Positions 63,101 to 64,000 of a DNA stretch of 64,000 nt are shown here, in pieces (within the stretch, counting starts at the first letter, position 1; each line of letters starts with the position of its first letter). The stretch spans positions 35,986 to 99,985 of the IMG/VR virus record IMGVR_UViG_3300045988_173642; one strand, given 5' to 3'. The position numbers and the translations under genes were made by a program. The notes beneath the pieces are model-generated. The model saw only the letters and a program-made list of their open reading frames with translations, had not been told where the DNA came from and ran no database searches. The DNA is from a virus.

Positions 63101-63877
63101 CGCACCCGTCATCGTGACGTGCAATTTCTTGTCAACGGCCCCCATCACGGAGAATGAAAACGGGAATCCTCCGTCTGAGGCAAGGATGCGTTTCGACCAG
63201 TCTGTCAGGTTTTTGACCGTTAGGTTGACGGCATTGATGGAGTAGATAAGGTCACCAAAAAACTCACGCTGCACGCCGTTTTCATCCTCATAATAAGAAG
63301 TCACTCTGATGCGCACATTCTGACGCCCCTCTGTGAGATATTTTCCGACATCCACACTCACTGGATAGGATGCTGCGCTCTCCGCGTCATAGTTTTCCTC
63401 TTGAGAAACTATATTAGTCTGCACGTAATGGTTTTGCCAGGTGTCAGAACCTTCCTTTTTGATGTCAACGCGCAACGTTCCTGGCACATCGCGATAGTTC
63501 ACGCGGTCGCCAAGCTGCGTAATCTTCAGTGCCATGTAGCGTACGTTGACGGTCAAGGCATCGCCCACCTTCACGTTTCGGTCGCCTTTGAGGTCAGAAG
63601 CCAAACGGATGGCATAGCTATCGCTTTCCACCATCTGATTAAACGACACTAAACCATTTGCGTCTGGCTCATAAGTGATATTATTAAACTGAACAGCCTT
63701 AACGCTTTTTTTCGCGTCTTGTTGCAGTTCTTGTATAGGCGTTACAATTTTCTGCACGAAATCCTCTGCCGTCAAATATTCATTCGTCGGCAAGCCTGCC
63801 GAGTCAATTTCTTCTCGTGCTTCTTCGTTGTTGGTCTTACGAAGTAAGTCGTTGATATTGGTAAAATCCTGTGCCAT
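57179..63877 (-). CDS. giant tail fibre / receptor-binding protein, DGR target (2232 aa)
   Basis: The C-terminal 42 codons form the VR, inside a DUF1566/C-type-lectin-like end (GKWYLHGSGDMF ... RWSATEY...FVVRPVVAF). Upstream are Big_2-like and LRR-like (LQRLSLNG..LQTLDLRG..LQTLTLDG) segments and a CotH-like stretch (AGTDNCSKNTYYTIDITTGLSWLYQDDLDTIF). Confidence 0.8.
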   Translation of the reverse strand: MAQDFTNINDLLRKTNNEEAREEIDSAGLPTNEYLTAEDFVQKIVTPIQELQQDAKKSVKAVQFNNITYEPDANGLVSFNQMVESDSYAIRLASDLKGDRNVKVGDALTVNVRYMALKITQLGDRVNYRDVPGTLRVDIKKEGSDTWQNHYVQTNIVSQEENYDAESAASYPVSVDVGKYLTEGRQNVRIRVTSYYEDENGVQREFFGDLIYSINAVNLTVKNLTDWSKRILASDGGFPFSFSVMGAVDKKLHVTMTGASGTWTMEPKTFLADEQRPEANPYSWTQQEITAYGLLSHGVHTVTAWVTCDDGMGGELSSEVQVNRFMVVNEATANPSQLAQPYLMLQGVQSVVENYVRTVISYFAVWVPQSAEAPTLPATDPLPVSIRITNAGDGDLDYTASYFVSEQKAVVGERYPIDTTIEIENSSTGESPASYQAYLRVFRYNGEEIVNFLRESQGNRFVVFTVDNKNDYSPVAGAHFYLDPKVRNNTETHYQTIINKQTQEEVPSVWNGFSGTGDAWMQDDDGVKVLRIPSGRTLTIGYEPFEAFKTNPSAAMSLEMEFAVRNITAEDDPVISISQTIESTLEKLGIIIKPLTGAVWAQEKQNEDDQDFAFEEDKRVHLVVTLTPALVAKGSDEFKWQTPNKTPSNRPTVKVYVNGKPQRAVQYSVDTNGVWIQGEGHGGIRFGHPSCDLDIYTIRCYRGVTLSAQNVLQNFTATRPDAETKNAIRQRNDILDGNGRISYRKVKEKGKRCLTLVGTDNYKMNQDKKVGYACYWRIDYYDNNGKYIPELSGTIGKAAYLAYVSGTLGGKKCLMNTAQGSTANTYWWNNEQTKLDKVTYRIVILFSTLHKDFGWKASMSNFTEEVAAANPLYLDGNQIQGDAVSTLSDLEKERLQIDVLDGWIDGNGMYHGQFYTPVIGGPKATKLVNKINYASPMQSHKMGATRLYNDVMKTVCKDELPDWFANKTGARFAVYEDNYYFFNQPEGEKEPVFVGFGTFGSGKCDKATWGYDKSKMFAFEGLNNNLPLCDFRVPADEDVTYNVDDESWVYNGIKSFEYSLGKTNDDGTPVAKNDALFRRYCNFIYAHDVRMKYFRGDRAAFDAHYANVYDRATAVGATDADTQLLDEMQTTKYWLRDGDEAFHLLRFNYVTGKFVDAGTWTDSDGYKAGVRNLATDAITKATYEEWKQSEDVGDYAKLNTRFQMAIAASFNEHCGKYLNKKNHQVHYNLVNFMIAGTDNCSKNTYYTIDITTGLSWLYQDDLDTIFKTDNNGRQTKVYFLSRYFDVQDTKDGLKKQKDYEGTASALFNVMEAAWETLDQTALPANMREVLTAMCTLVGANENIDGLTTTQRQTPYGCIHKYFFSVQKYFAEVAWAEQQRIRYDWPASWGYESYGNQARGILAVTQGIGDQLESEIQYMTRRLALVCSYAAWGDFSSGVNTGSTGLVDASAGLQFTPGSGRTGGEYTFDLVPHQYLYPCGVRDRALINPHFRMIPGRHYAFTVNPASTPIPGDSSVGLAATNYYRSIGNVGNMVVGNNNFTIQGRRMTEFIAEPKAGSSAFAPKQIDVDAANLQRLSLNGVSTSSGTFNLSKASRLQTLDLRGTKYGQVRMPSSPQLTVARFGAELSQLEVRDMPQLQTLTLDGYARLTSITALNCGFDTRSLVRGCSEAGAKLSTLRIDGIDWTDVAPSVLFYITGILYCSLYGRIAVTEGQNVDAELKLALLRKFGEIDSENNDLYITYSLRSVTGLNIITQRFVIAEPGDYPYQCSVLPTMANNFTDLRWSISENDFNVTVDAETGVLHAPSVGEESNNPTATLTVTATLIGGKSLSTSVVLKLFNRIPKLGDFAYYNGEFDSVLYPGKKVIGWVYKVTPYADLPTNLLNEYLQDEEISAQYNSGKTLYEVLIENVEELTITSSDKANSISEFSWGIYPQGTGELGFTPDERKVIAEALSVSDDDLTNIPACNDCTDVGMVDEKGEKTYYIKDLQAYDDNESDGFKVYEGNTAPNRWDGKKDTASIVAHANRILTQYVGEGLLTDSDGHTIFDYLPAVRDHIIPETMEELADLCVALGNIGGDKRWRQLAYPAAYACSLFEPSNGGKPIDGLSPWFEKGKWYLHGSGDMFRLYIFFRNSRALTPSDTGTPTADFSDEGNELRPHEPTDARRPFYANLQKRAKDANLGCPVRNPRQAHRWSATEYDRYYSWRSYFGDGNVYNSYKYSGFVVRPVVAFPFIL
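57194..57320 (-). repeat. DGR variable repeat (VR), 127 bp
   Basis: Counterpart of the TR, ending 12 nt before the target stop codon. The last 31 nt (coding direction) are identical to the TR and contain no A (an IMH-like G/C/T stretch: gggtttgtggttcgtcctgtcgtcgctttt). Confidence 0.93.
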
Positions 63878-64000
63878 TGTGATATTTTTTGATGCTTATT
63901 TTTCTGGAAATTATCATGCGTTTCCTATGCAAAACGGAAGGGGAAACGCATGGGGAAAACAGGTAACGTGAGTTTGCCACTGCTTTCAAACTCTCCAATC

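Larger units (their letters stand above)
54054..63877 (-). mobile_element. diversity-generating retroelement cassette (target/VR, avd, TR, RT, orf152, MutS-like ORF)
   Basis: The individual components are listed as separate features. The accessory genes form a single unit bounded by a promoter (57074-57081) and a terminator (54054-54104). Confidence 0.9.

Noticed and set aside
63921-63955. 10-bp hairpin (atgcgtttcc...ggaaacgcat) upstream of the DGR target gene
   Set aside because: It is probably the terminator of the gene beyond the window edge, and there is too little context to interpret it.
1-64000. Integrase, excisionase, att sites, rRNA and transposases
   Set aside because: I scanned the ORF translations for tyrosine/serine recombinase and DDE signatures and the DNA for flanking direct repeats, and found none in this window.

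Overview
This 64-kb window is a gene-dense piece of a large tailed-phage genome, mostly transcribed on the minus strand. The host is probably a Bacteroidota member: there are several TTTG(-33)/TAnnTTTG(-7) promoters with 19-21 nt spacing, many lipobox lipoproteins and no Shine-Dalgarno signals. In order, the modules I can support are:
- tail genes (1862-aa tape measure, holin-like protein);
- a packaging and DNA-modification block (PAPS-reductase-like protein, two DNA methyltransferases, large terminase);
- a run of small unknown genes;
- a replication block (beta clamp, SSB-like protein, 1224-aa primase-helicase, DEDD exonuclease, a LigA-like ligase further on);
- a plasmid-type maintenance block (Rep plus two opposed sets of four 22-bp iterons, ParA plus an RHH protein);
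- lipoprotein cargo genes;
- an island of small genes that share an intergenic motif;
- two XRE-type regulators with palindromic operators;
- several small non-coding units bounded by a promoter and a terminator, and tRNA-like mini-elements;
- a tail-fibre module.

The strongest finding is a complete diversity-generating retroelement (DGR) in the tail-fibre module. Its minus-strand order is a 2232-aa target with a C-terminal VR, an Avd-like ORF, the TR, a reverse transcriptase, an unknown ORF and a MutS-domain-I-like ORF. All 13 TR/VR mismatches fall on template adenines.

I found no integrase, rRNA, canonical tRNA or CRISPR array. Protein-family calls come from motifs read by eye and still need HMM or structure confirmation.
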